The translations under genes were made by a program, and so were the position numbers. Shown here in pieces: positions 53,181 to 64,000 of a DNA stretch of 64,000 nt. The DNA lies in contig NC_057718.1 of assembly GCF_004010195.1 (NCBI RefSeq), forward strand, positions 59,168,838 to 59,232,837, in the 5' to 3' direction. The DNA comes from Chiloscyllium plagiosum. Its lineage: Eukaryota. The first letter of the stretch is position 1. Each line of letters starts with the position of its first letter. The notes beneath the pieces were generated by a model. The model had not been told where the DNA came from and ran no database searches. It saw only the letters and a program-made list of their open reading frames with translations.

Positions 53181-53832
53181 ATTGAAAAAAAATACTGGGT
53201 ACATGCCTTTGACGTAGAACCTAAAACATCAGAGCTTAAAGGTAATCACTTTAAGTAACCTCTTCAGGATTTTACCCCAACACTTCTGGTCTGAGACTAA
53301 CAATAACTCTTTACTCTAAGAAAATTCATTTCACTATATTCTTCCCTTCTCACCAGCATTGGTCTATACAACCACCTTTATCCAAAAATTTCACAAGATT
53401 TCTCCACTCAAAGTAAAACTGAAACCAAATATTTGCCATTCTGAATTATAGGTGTTTCTCCAAGCTTAGAAAAAAAGTTCCAGAAGTCTATAATAAACCT
53501 TGAAGCCCCATTATTTGCCTTGCTGGGTCATAAAACAATCCAAGATAAACAAAAGTCCAACAGTAGCACAAAAAAAATTCACTCTAAAACCAGGCCTCAC
53601 CTGCTGCTTGTCATGATGACAATATAATAGGAAAGTTCACCAGACCCAATCTTCCCTTGCTATTTTATTGATGACCTGGTGCAAGAGTGCTGGTAAAGTA
53701 CAGATCAAATTATTCAGATATCTCCAGAAATTTTCATCACAATTATGTAATTTTGATGTTGTAGAAGTGCTTCCACAAGTTATGAGCTTACAGTTTGCCT
53801 TCTATAGTAGAGTGGTAGACAAATGCCTCACA

Positions 53833-54106
53833 GTCAAAACATGTGGTGCTAGAAAAGCACAACAGGTTGGCAGCATCCACAAAGCAGGACATTCCTATGA
53901 AGGGCTTATAAATGAAATGTTGAGTCTCCTGCTCCTCAGATGCTGCCTGAGCTGCTGTGCTTTTCCAGCACTATACTCTCAACTCTGATCTCCAGCACCT
54001 GCAGACCTCACTTTCCTCCTTTTAAGAGTTCCTGTGTATTAGCATCGAAAATAGCACCGCACCTTTCAACTCTGATCTCCAGCATCTGCAGTCCTCACTT
54101 TCTCCT
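53833..54106. mobile_element. Penelope terminal-repeat inverted dimer containing a 128-bp copy of 52399-52526
   Basis: 12-bp TSD aaatgcctcaca at 53821-53832 and 54107-54118. Confidence 0.88.
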
Positions 54107-54150
54107 AAATGCCTCACATTAAAAGGTTCAATTCTACATATTCTGCAGGA

Positions 54151-54729
54151 TGCTGACAATACTATGGCTTTAAGAAATGTATTTTGTCCTTTTTAAAATG
54201 AAGACAGGTTGAGACGGATGCTACGAGCGGTTTATGCAAAGCCAATAAAGTAAACAGCCTGCGAGGTCTTGAGTTTTTTTCATCTATGATTGGTGTGGTC
54301 AAGCTCCTACAGAACCAGAATTGTTAGTTTTAGCTTCCTGCAGTTGCTAGAGTCTTGAAGCTGGAAGTGGAAGTTTTTATTCCTCCCTCTGTTACAGCTA
54401 AAAGCCGGGGTTCTCTGCCTGCTACTGGAATTGCATATGACACAATATATTTTACTGAATTTGCCTTTGCCAAGGATGGGTTTATTGGATGTCACTAACA
54501 TTGGAACTGTGTACTTTGTTAAGCATTTCGATAGTCACAGTTAAGCCAATTCTTTTCTTTTTACTTTGTCTATATTTTAACTGTAGTATAAAAATAATGT
54601 GTATTGTGCTTAAAGTTGAGTAGTTTGACCAATTGAATTGTATCTGGAACAGTACACCTTACATTTACCTTTAAAATAACATTCGGGTCTAAGCTATTTA
54701 TTTTGAGTGGTTTGGTGTGGTCCATGATA
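54151..54729 (+). mobile_element. Probable solo LTR
   Basis: tg start and degenerate end, T-rich noncoding body; resembles a common shark LTR from recall; no clear TSD. Confidence 0.55.
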
Positions 54730-55250
54730 GCTGTGCTTCTCCTCCTCCTCGGACAGAAGAGCAGCTGTCTGTCTCTGTTGACACAAGGTCAAGAAATTTA
54801 AAATTAGGAGGGAGAAGATGGGGGGGAGGACAACCTCACACAATCAGCATAATGCATACGGAAATTCGAGTAGCAGAAGCAAAAACAATTTAAAATGCTT
54901 TCCAAATCTAAGGGTTCTTGTAGCACAGTGGTAGTGTCCATACTTCTGGTCTAGAAGGCCTTGTTTGAAGTCCCACCTGCACCAGAAGTGTGCAACTACT
55001 GAGCAGGTTGATGAGGAAGCTACCTATTTTCTAAATCTATGGAGAAATAGTTAACCTGTGCAGTTTTTTAAAGCCATATCTGGCTCTAATCTATCACCTC
55101 GGGTACAATGAGTAATGAGATATGTTGTGTCATGCCATTATTGTCTCATTTAATTATGCAAACCCATTTCAAAACAGGTATTTCCATCATTTAGGAGAAA
55201 TTGTACCAGATCGTACAGCTAGATATTCCATAGGACATATAAATCACTGA

Positions 55251-55379
55251 GGAGAAAGTGAGGACTGCAGATGCTAGAGATCAGAGCTGAAAATGTGTTG
55301 CTGGAAAAGCGCAGCAGGTCAGGCAGCATCCAAGGAGTAGGAGAATCGACGTTTTGGGCATGAGCCCTTCTTCAGGAAA
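55251..55379 (-). mobile_element. Young Penelope solo terminal repeat
   Basis: Minus strand CTGAAGA-AGGGC-TCAT-GCCC-AAAA-CGTC; perfect 14-bp TSD atataaatcactga at 55237-55250 and 55380-55393. Confidence 0.92.
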
Positions 55380-56501
55380 ATATAAATCACTGACTCAGCC
55401 TCAGCCTTCCATTTCAAAATACATTGGAAAGTCCCAGGTCAGCACATCTGAATAGGAAGTTGTGTCATTAAAACTGTCAACATTCACATAAGCATCCAAC
55501 ACTTTCAAGGGTGACATTATGATTTGGAACAAAATATTTAACACGAGGCTAAAGTACAATACTATGTCTACCCTGTTCCTTACCTTAAATAATCATCTGT
55601 GTCAGCATGCAAATGGAAGTGCAGAATAAAAGTTTGTACAAAGTCTCTTTTTAAACCCGTCAAAAATCTAGATGTACGGTCAAAGGGTTCTGGATCCTAC
55701 TACTTTCCTGCTGACCCCCATTCTCACAAAAAAAAACAGGTCTTTCCAATGTTATTAACACATAGCCCTTTCTCCATGAAAGATATTCAAGGAATCCCAA
55801 ACGTGAATTACGAGGTTCCACACAATCACTGCTATCCTTCCACAGTTGCTCTTCTTTTGCCCTCTAGGCATTGTATAGATTCTTATTTCCATTTTAATTG
55901 ACCTATGTACTTTAGTTAAGTAACTCTTCAGTTTACACATTTTCTTGGGTATTTCTTCTGCATTTTCAAGATCAATTTCAAGAATGCATTCCATTTCCCC
56001 TCAGCTGAGATATCATTCACTGATAGCTCACAATTACCTTATTTTAGCTCAACCCTCATTCAACTGATGGCTTGCTTTTGAAAGTAGGTATCTTACTCCA
56101 AGACTTCAAAATGAGTTACAGTACAAAACCTTTTTTAAAAACAATCCCTAGTTGAAGGGCCTGACAGAATAGCTAAAACAATTCGAACGAATTTGAAAAG
56201 AAACAAATCAAATTCAGTTTCAGTGTCCAAGTTATGGTATCAGATGTGACAATGTCATTACTTTCAAGATTATTATATTACTGCATTACCAGAGGAGTAA
56301 AGTCTGTGCTTCTGGGATAGTACTAATTCCTGCATGGGTCAGCAATAAGCATTCATAACCCATACAGCAGTTGGTTCACTGTAGCTATACAGGCTGGATT
56401 AAAGTGTCAGACACACAAACAAGACACACAATATAAATTCTGCCCCAATCTGGCAGTGTAGATGGCTAGTTACACAGTAACTGAATAGATGTCATTCCTA
56501 C

Positions 56502-56634
56502 CTACACCTTTGTGAGCATCGATACTGGTAAATTCAATCGTCCCATTGTGACCTTTCTTCGGATCCTCCTTATACTGCTTGTGAGCTCCATTAGGATGAT
56601 ATCGGAACGCCAGACCATAATCTGCTAGATAAAT
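56502..56634 (-). CDS. VRK2: VRK-family kinase exon (133 bp): [44 protein letters not shown]
   Basis: Within ORF 56470..56658; tttcag acceptor, gtagga donor; DYG motif and [16 protein letters not shown] activation segment resemble VRK2 more than VRK1; phase 0/1. Confidence 0.94.
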
Positions 56635-57261
56635 CTGAAAGAAGAAAAAACATGTCATTTTGAAAAAAAATTTATTTTTCTCAAATTTTCTACATCAGAA
56701 CTTCCCATGTCATTGTTGACTCTACACCCTACCCCTGTAGAGGTCAGAGTTAGTGTGAACTGTTGGAAATCTCTTTTCCAGAGCTCCCGGTCCCCTTCCA
56801 TTCGCAATGAGTCTCCACCCTACTGTCTGTAATTGTCCCCTCTCACAGTGACTGCAGTACAGTGAAGCCATCCCCAGATTTATTTTGCCCATTTTCTTTA
56901 GAATTTCATATACTGCTCCCTGACCATTATTGATCAAACTCCCAGGATTTCTCTACACTACCCTGACTGAATGACCATAAATCCCCAGACAGCTTGCAAT
57001 TGAGCTGCAGGACTGATTGTGGTCCACTTCTTTGACTGCAAAGATACTTACCTCCACACACTGGCAGGACAAGTGTGTGACTGACTCTGGCCAATCCCCT
57101 GGGTAGGAATGTGAAAAGCCATTTGCTGACTGTGTCAGTACTCCCTGGCTGAGCATTGTCCAACTTGACATAACTAAGGGTGGGTCCCATTGGAGTTTCA
57201 CATATGGTGACATTCCCTATGGAATCAATCTAGTGAACCTCCTCTGAACTGCCTCCAATGT

Positions 57262-57920
57262 TAAACAGATAGATGGAGACAGACCCCAGAGAGACAAAAA
57301 GACATGAAAGGAATAGGTATAGGAGATTTATGGATAGCAGACCAGGACAGGACAGAAAAAAAGCTGAATAAATGGTAATGAGGTAATTGTGCTAAAAGCA
57401 TCCCATTTTGTAACAGAAAGTGGGAATGGGGTGGGTGAAAAAAAAACATGCAAGGACAGGATTAGGCCCGAAAGTTATTGAATTCCATGTTGAATCCTAG
57501 AGACTGCAAGGTCTCCAAGTGGAAAATGAGAAGTTGTACTTTGAGCTTACGCTAAGGCTTACTGGAATATTGCAGCAGGTCTGTGAAAAAAAATGTTGGT
57601 GTGGGAACAGGGGAATGTGTTGAGTTGTCAACTGGATGCTCAGGGTCATTTTTGCAAACCGAGAGCAGATGTTCTGCAAACTGGTCTTGTAGCCAGCGCT
57701 TCATCTCCCTGATGTAGAGGAGACCATATTGTGAACAGTGATTATAGCAGATTAGATTGAGTGAAGTATAGGTAAATCATTGCTTCGCCTGGAAGGTGTG
57801 TCTGGGGTCTTGGATAATGAGGGAGTGAGGAGGTAAACGAACAGGTAATACACCTTCTGCAATTGCATGGGAAGGTGCTGTGGGGAGGTGTATGAGTGAT
57901 GGAGGAGTGGAGAGAGTGTC
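57262..57920 (-). mobile_element. Old Penelope-like GIY-YIG fragment; an inverted terminal part lies at about 57920-57985 and 59693-59937 (+)
   Basis: Minus strand TYTSLNLICYNHCSQYGLLYIREMKRWLQDQFAEHL at about 57660-57775. Confidence 0.75.
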
Positions 57921-57984
57921 AGCACAGCTCATCCACTGTCTCAATCGTAGCTCTTACTGTCTCTTATTCAGCTTTCTTCCTTCC

Positions 57985-59692
57985 TGGCTTCAAACATTAT
58001 GGGCTGCAAAACGAAACACAGCAAGATAGCGGACAAAGACACATCCCTCCCTGACGTGCTCAACGTTTTCTATGCTCGATTTGAGCAGAATGCCAGCGGT
58101 GCAGTGATGCCTGCCCCGACAGCTCCAGACGCACCTGTTCCCTCTGTCATCACTGCAGATATCAAATTGGTCTTCCTAGGATTCAACCCAAGGAAAGCGA
58201 CAAGTCTTGACGGTGTTCTCAGTCAAGTACTCAGATCCTGCCGTGGAGCAGGTAACTGGCGGAGATATTCACTGACATCTTCAACCTGTCCCTCCTACAA
58301 GCTCAAGTCCCCAACTGCTTCAAGAAGATCACCATCATCCCATTCTTAAGAAAGCACATGGAATGTGCCTTAGTAACTACCGCCCAGTGGCTCTGACCTC
58401 AATAATCATGAAGTGCTTTAAGAGGCTGGTCATGGCTCACATAAGCTCCAGGCTTCCAGCTTACCTCAATCCCCTACAATTTGCCATTCAATGTAATAGG
58501 TCCATTGTGGATGCCATTTCGCTAGCCCTGCACTCACCCCTGGTACATCTGGACAACAAGGACACCTATGACAGACTGCTGCTCATTGGCTACCGCTCCA
58601 CCTTCAACACCGTTACCCCCTCTAGACTGACCTCAAAACTCCGTGACTTTGGTCTCAGCTCCACACTCTGCAAGTGGATCCTCAGCTTTCTGACCCACAG
58701 ACCACAATCAGTGAAGATAGACAATTACACCTCCTCCACTGTACCACTCAACACTGGAGCCCCCCCGAGGATGCATCCTCAGTCCCCCTACTGCACACCC
58801 TGTACACACACAACTGTGTTGCCAAATTCCAAATGAATGCCATCCATAAGTTCACTGGCATAGCAGGACAGATGTCTAACAATTCCGTAAAAATACAGAA
58901 GGGAGATAGACCACTTGGTGTCGTGGTGCAGTGAGAACAACTTCTCTCTCAATGTTGCTAAAGAACTGATCACTGACTTCAGAAAGAAAGGAGAAGAATA
59001 TGTCCCCACCTACATCAACAGAACTGAGGTTGAGAGGGTGGAGAGCATCAAGTTCCTCGGAGTGACGATAGCCGACAACCTGTCCTGGACTTTAACGTAC
59101 ATGTGATGAACATGAAGGCACAACACCGCCTCTTCTTCTTCAGGTGGATCAGGAAATTTGGCACGATCATAAGGACCCTCATAAACTTCTACGGATGTAC
59201 CATTGAAAACATACAGTCTGGGTAGAAAACAGTCAGGTACGGCAACTGCTCTGCCCAGGACCATATGAAACTACAGAAGGTGTTGTGCACAGCCCAGACC
59301 ATCACAGAAACCAACCTTCCATCCATGTGCTCCATTTGTACCCCTCGCTCCAACAGAAAGGTTACCATCATCATCAAAGACTCATCGCACCCCAGTAATG
59401 ATCTCCTACAACCTCTTCCATCAGGCAGAAAACACACCCACCAGCAGGTTCAGGTACAGCTTTTTCCTGGCTGTTATTAGACTGATAAATAGACTCTCTA
59501 GCCTCAAATAATGCTGATCTTGCCAACGTTGATCTTGCCTAGTGCATGCCCTGTGCAATATAACCTGTATACCTCTGTCTAAATCTTTTTACAACCACTG
59601 ATCTGTACATCTTTGCTTACTAGGATCTGTCTGCGCTGCTCATAAACATAGTTTTTCACTGTATTTCGGTACACGTGACAATCAATCTATCT
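57985..59692 (+). mobile_element. Rex1/Babar non-LTR retrotransposon, 5'-truncated and frameshifted
   Basis: NYRPVALTSIIMKCFKRLV, LNPLQFA, HLDNKDTY, WCSENNFSLNVAKELITDFRK, KFLGVTI. Confidence 0.92.
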
Positions 59693-59937
59693 GTTATCTT
59701 TTTGTTTACTTACCCCTTTCATATCTCTCTGTGCGGCCTCTATCTCCATCTATCCACTCAGCTTTCCCCCCCGCTGTCTTCACCCCTACCACTCACATTT
59801 GCTTCTGTATACCGACTACTTGTTTCTAGCTGTAACAGTTCCAGTGAAGAGTCCACAGCCTCAAAATATTAGTTCTGCTTTCTTCTCACAGATGCTGCCA
59901 CATGTGCTGAGTTTCTCCAACAACTTCTGTTTTTGTT

Positions 59938-60960
59938 GCCTTCCTTGTTGCCTGCTGTACCTGCGGATTAGTTTTCTGAGATTCATGTACGAGCACACCC
60001 AGATCTCTCTGCACTGAAGCACTTTGATGTTTCTCTCCATTTAAATAATAACTTGCCTTTTGTTCTTCCAACCAAAATAACGTTCTGCTTATCCAAATTA
60101 AACGTCATCTGCTCAATTTTGACACATTCCCAAACGTATCCATATCCATAGATAAAAGTTTCTTATTTCTTCATTGCCACTTGTTTTCCTGTCTATTTTA
60201 GTATTATATGCAAATTTGGTCATAATATGTTCTATCCTGACATCCAAGTCATTAATACAGATTGGAAACAGCTGAAACTTGAGGACCAAACTCCGTGACA
60301 CCCCAGTAGTTACATCTTATCAACCAGGAAATGACCCGTTTATCCTGATTCTCTGCTTTCTGTTGGTTAGCCAATCACCTGTGCAAACTAATAAATTACT
60401 CTTAACCCCTGTAATCATGCCTTCTATATTAACCTTTTGCATAGCACCTTGTCAAATGTCTTCTGGAAATCAAATATACTACATTGACGAGATCACCACT
60501 GTCCATAAAGCTTCTTAAGTCTTCAAAGAATGTTAGCAAATTAGTCAAACAGGATTTGCCCTTCATAAAACCTTGCTGATTCTGATCGATTGTATTTTGA
60601 CATTCCAAATGTCCTATTATTACTTCATCAATAATTGATTCTAACAATAAGAGGTCCATAGTTTCCTATTTTCTGCCTCTCTGCCTTTTTGAATAAGTGT
60701 GTTATATTAGTTTTTTTTCAATCCAGTGGGACCTTCCTCACATCCAGAGAATTTTGGAATATTATAACCAATGGATCCCACTATCTCCATTTCATTTAAG
60801 ACGCTTTCCTTTAAGGGTATAAGGCATTAGGCCCTGGGGACTTGTCTGTCTTTAATCTGAACAGTACTTTTTCTCTCGTGACGATGCTTGCTCTAATTTC
60901 CTTCCTTTCTGTAACCTCTACACTACCTGTAATATTTTGGATGCTACTATGTTCCACTAC
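59938..60960 (-). mobile_element. CR1 RT fragment; continuation at about 57200-57261, inverted piece at about 60965-61110 (+)
   Basis: NQQGFMKGKSCLTNLLTFFE, INDLD..KFAYNTK, VQRDLGVLVHES; LEAVQRRFTRLIP lies left of the Penelope/Rex1 block. Confidence 0.88.
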
Positions 60961-62045
60961 AAATTCCCCAGTCAGTAGTGGGGAACACAGAGATGGCAGA
61001 GTCATTAAATATTTTGTTTCAGTTTTCAAGGTGAAGGCTATCAGTACCATCCCAACAACAACAGGTAGTGCAGAAGTTATAGAAAAGGAGGAAATTAGAA
61101 CAATCTTGCCTTTACTCTCACCACACCAGGAAAGAGAAAATTCTACCCAATGTTTTGAGGCAATATGACTCTTCTTTTGATCTCCACCTTAATTAGTTAA
61201 TTTAGCATTGTTTATTAACTTTGTCAACAAAGTTGTTTGCTAAAATGTAGAAATTAACCCATGTGTGAAAGCAGAATAGCAGATGCTTTTGTAAATAATA
61301 GCGAATCATCCTTTGGTAAATACTTTGTTCAAGGAGTGAAACAATTATATTGGATGGTTGGCCTATCTGAACACAAACAACAACAGAAACAAACAATTTG
61401 GATATTGACTGAACTCTGTTTGAAGGTCAATAAGTTCCCAGGGACATACCTGATGACAAATGTTAAACATTTCAATATAAACTTTGCCAGTCAAACACTT
61501 AATTAAAAAAATAAAGTGATACAATAAACTGAAATATCTCTAGTTTTCTGACCACATTGCTGACACCACAGTTTCCATTACAAACTGCAATTTTGCATCA
61601 TTTGAGTAGTTGGCATTTGTCTTCACTAATATTCTTACATTTTTTTTATAGCTTCAAGTACAATAGTTTTGCAAATCTCTTTCCATTTGCTCTTTGTTCA
61701 ACAGTTCTCCACAACAGATTGCATATCCCAGTTCAACTTATTTGAGTTGTGTTGCAGTACAAGAAATGACATGACAATGACACTTGCAAATTATGAATAT
61801 TTATGAAGTAATTGCTTTGGGAATCTAACAATGAAAGATGTCTCACATTCAACAGGCTACAAATGTTCTACAGCCATGATATCAGCCTCCATATATTTGT
61901 AAAAAGGCGACTGAGATTCCAAAATCAGTCACATCAAAATAGCTTACACCTTTCATGTTTATGCACTTTCTTAAGACTTTATTTCTCTTTTGTTCATTCA
62001 GCAAATTAAAAACATAACTGTTATCAGCACAATGGTGCACAATAC

Positions 62046-62138
62046 CTCTTTGTGATTTCTGAAGCCTAGAAGTAAGTTTGCTGACTTGATATCACCATGG
62101 ATGTATTCGTGTTCATGAATAAACTCCAAAATCTCAAG
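62046..62138 (-). CDS. VRK2: VRK-family kinase exon (93 bp): catalytic loop, LEILEFIHEHEYIHGDIKSANLLLGFRNHKE
   Basis: Manual translation of the minus strand; tttctgcag acceptor and gtatt donor; HGDIKxxN catalytic loop of VRK kinases; phase 0/0. Confidence 0.93.
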
Positions 62139-62361
62139 CTGCAGAAATGAAATTTTTTAAAATGAATATTAGTCTGTAAGATACGGAGAATAATACATTT
62201 TCCTACAGGTTACATTATTCATGATTTAACAGTCGTAATAATAAGCTAACATAATCATGACCTGATCCACATTAACCATCCAGCTAACTCAGTCAACTCT
62301 CTACCTCCCAAGATAATTTGATTTGCTATGGTCTGCAGCTTTCAATACAAATATACAAAGC

Positions 62362-62537
62362 AAGAGTACAATTGCAACATTTAAGAGGCATTTGGATGGG
62401 TATATGAATAGGAAGGGTTTGTAGGGACATGGGCCACGTGCTGGCAGGTGGGACTAGATTGGGTTGGGATATCTGGTTGGCATGGACAGATTGGACCGAA
62501 GGATCTGTTTCCATGCTATACATCTCTATGACTCTAC
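62362..62537 (+). mobile_element. Young CR1 3' end
   Basis: Reverse complement of the 33907-34075 type tail. Confidence 0.88.
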
Positions 62538-62559
62538 TCGACCTCTTGAACCAGCACTG

Positions 62560-63228
62560 CCCATCAAAAGATAATGTCCAATCTGGTTGCCCCACATTCC
62601 CACTCACCTACAATAACCTTTCACCCTCCTGTTTATAAAGAATCCTTCTAGCTCTGCCTTAAAAACATTCAGTCTGCTTCTTTCATCTTTTGGCTCTTGA
62701 CACTGTGAGGAAAAAAACTGCATCTCATCTCTGTCTTAGATGGGTTATCCTTTATTTTTGAAGTGACCCTGAGTTGTAGAATCTCCCACAAGAGGAGAAC
62801 TCCTTTCCACATCAACATTATCAAAACCTTTCAGGACCTTATATATTTCAGTAAAGTTGTCTCTCTCTAAATGCCAGAGGATTCAACCACAGCAGCCCAA
62901 TCTTTCCTAAAGAAAACCTGCCCATTAAAGAAATTAGTCTGGTAAAACTTGCCTGAACGGCTTCTTACAATATATTTACATTCTCCCTTAAATATGGAGA
63001 GCACCAGTTATGGTCTCGTCAATGCCCTTTTTAGCTGAAGCATAACATCCCTTCTTTTTGTGTTCAAGTGTGCTTGTAATAAACATAATATTATATTTGC
63101 TTTCATAATTACACTCTGCACCTGCTCACTAATCTTCTGTGATCCATGCAGTGGCACACCCAGATCTCTCTGCATCTCGCAACTCTGCAATCTCTCACAT
63201 TTATTAGTATGATTCTTTTCCATCCTTC
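62560..63228 (-). mobile_element. Old CR1 3' fragment
   Basis: ORF 63008..63223 QRDLGVPLHGSQKISEQVQSVIMKAN. Confidence 0.85.
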
Positions 63229-63733
63229 ACACAAACATTGATACTGACGGTGGAGGCTCCAATTTCTATCCATTACATGATTGACCAGGAAACTTGACTG
63301 CTCTTACCACTTGCCACTGGTCCATGCAGAAGGATTTAGAAGTTGATACCCAACTATTATGGACTCATTACCTTTCTTCTTGAGCAGGACTTGAACTCGG
63401 AGCTTCTGGCTCCAAGGCAGGGATGCTATCCATAGCACCTGGTACTGTACAAATCACAACCAATAACAAACCAAATGGCGAAAACATCTCTGAAATTTAA
63501 GTTAGCTTATTGCCTCACCTCCAAAGTTTTAATAATAAGAATTTTTCAAAGTTGGTAAATCATGTTGATGTGCAATTGCACAGGTTCCTCTCATGCATTA
63601 CACTGGTTAATTCCTCTTATGCAAAAACCCAGAGACAGACCGGTCTTTAAATGAATGAATCATGTACAAACCTAAACTGGAGTTCACCAAGCTCCTTTAT
63701 ATCTGCATCGCTAGCAGGTGTCTTGGAAATATT

Positions 63734-63835
63734 AGGAGAAAGTGCAGATGCTGGAGATCAGAGTCAAAAGGTGTGATGCTAGAAAAGCACAGGCAGCATC
63801 CGAGCAGCAGGATGGAGAGCTTAAGCATGAAACGG
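63734..63835 (-). mobile_element. Penelope solo terminal repeat, internally deleted
   Basis: 12-bp TSD cttggaaatatt at 63722-63733 and 63836-63847. Confidence 0.85.
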
Positions 63836-64000
63836 CTTGGAAATATTGCCTACAGAGATAAGCCATGCCAAGGAAGGTGAAGCAAAGCATGTCAATTTAC
63901 AAGCCTAGTTGATAGCTAGTCAGCACACATAAAAAGTTTAATCACATTTCCTTATTTATCCTGCATTTAACCTTCACTAGTGTTAAGCATTTTTAGATCA

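Noticed and set aside
56720..57190. Overlapping ORFs and a gtaagt donor upstream of the 133-bp exon
   Set aside because: No protein similarity recognised and the flanking exons already join in frame.
7940..63228. Apparent bias of CR1 copies toward the gene-sense strand
   Set aside because: Roughly 11 minus versus 8 plus fragments; too few to be meaningful.
12260..63847. Recurrent short repeats as a CRISPR-like array
   Set aside because: Dispersed, in both orientations, with TSDs and no regular spacers; eukaryotic retroelement context.

Overview
Eukaryotic, repeat-rich genomic DNA, most likely from a shark (inferred from HE1-type V-SINEs and HER1/CR1-type LINEs). The only host gene I can support is a vaccinia-related kinase, best matching VRK2, on the minus strand. 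Five GT-AG exons (93, 133, 121, 59 and 173 bp) splice in frame and encode the kinase C-lobe; one intron is about 40 kb. The 5' exons and the terminal exons were not found in the window. The rest is intronic: decayed CR1, Rex1 and other LINEs, Penelope-like (Neptune-type) retroelements, SINEs, solo LTRs, Harbinger-like relics and two tRNA pseudogenes. Almost all entries in the ORF track are repeat debris or chance ORFs. The most notable pattern is about a dozen 100-280 bp Penelope terminal-repeat insertions carrying a minimal hammerhead-ribozyme motif, most with 9-18 bp target-site duplications and several arranged as self-complementary inverted dimers. Also notable: a 128-bp local templated copy between two such elements, a Crypton/Eulor-like hairpin, a divergent tRNA-Arg/tRNA-Lys pseudogene pair, and repeat-free blocks that may be conserved enhancers. 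I see no clear evidence of a wholly new system. Repeat family names are from motif recognition, not database searches, and repeat boundaries are approximate.
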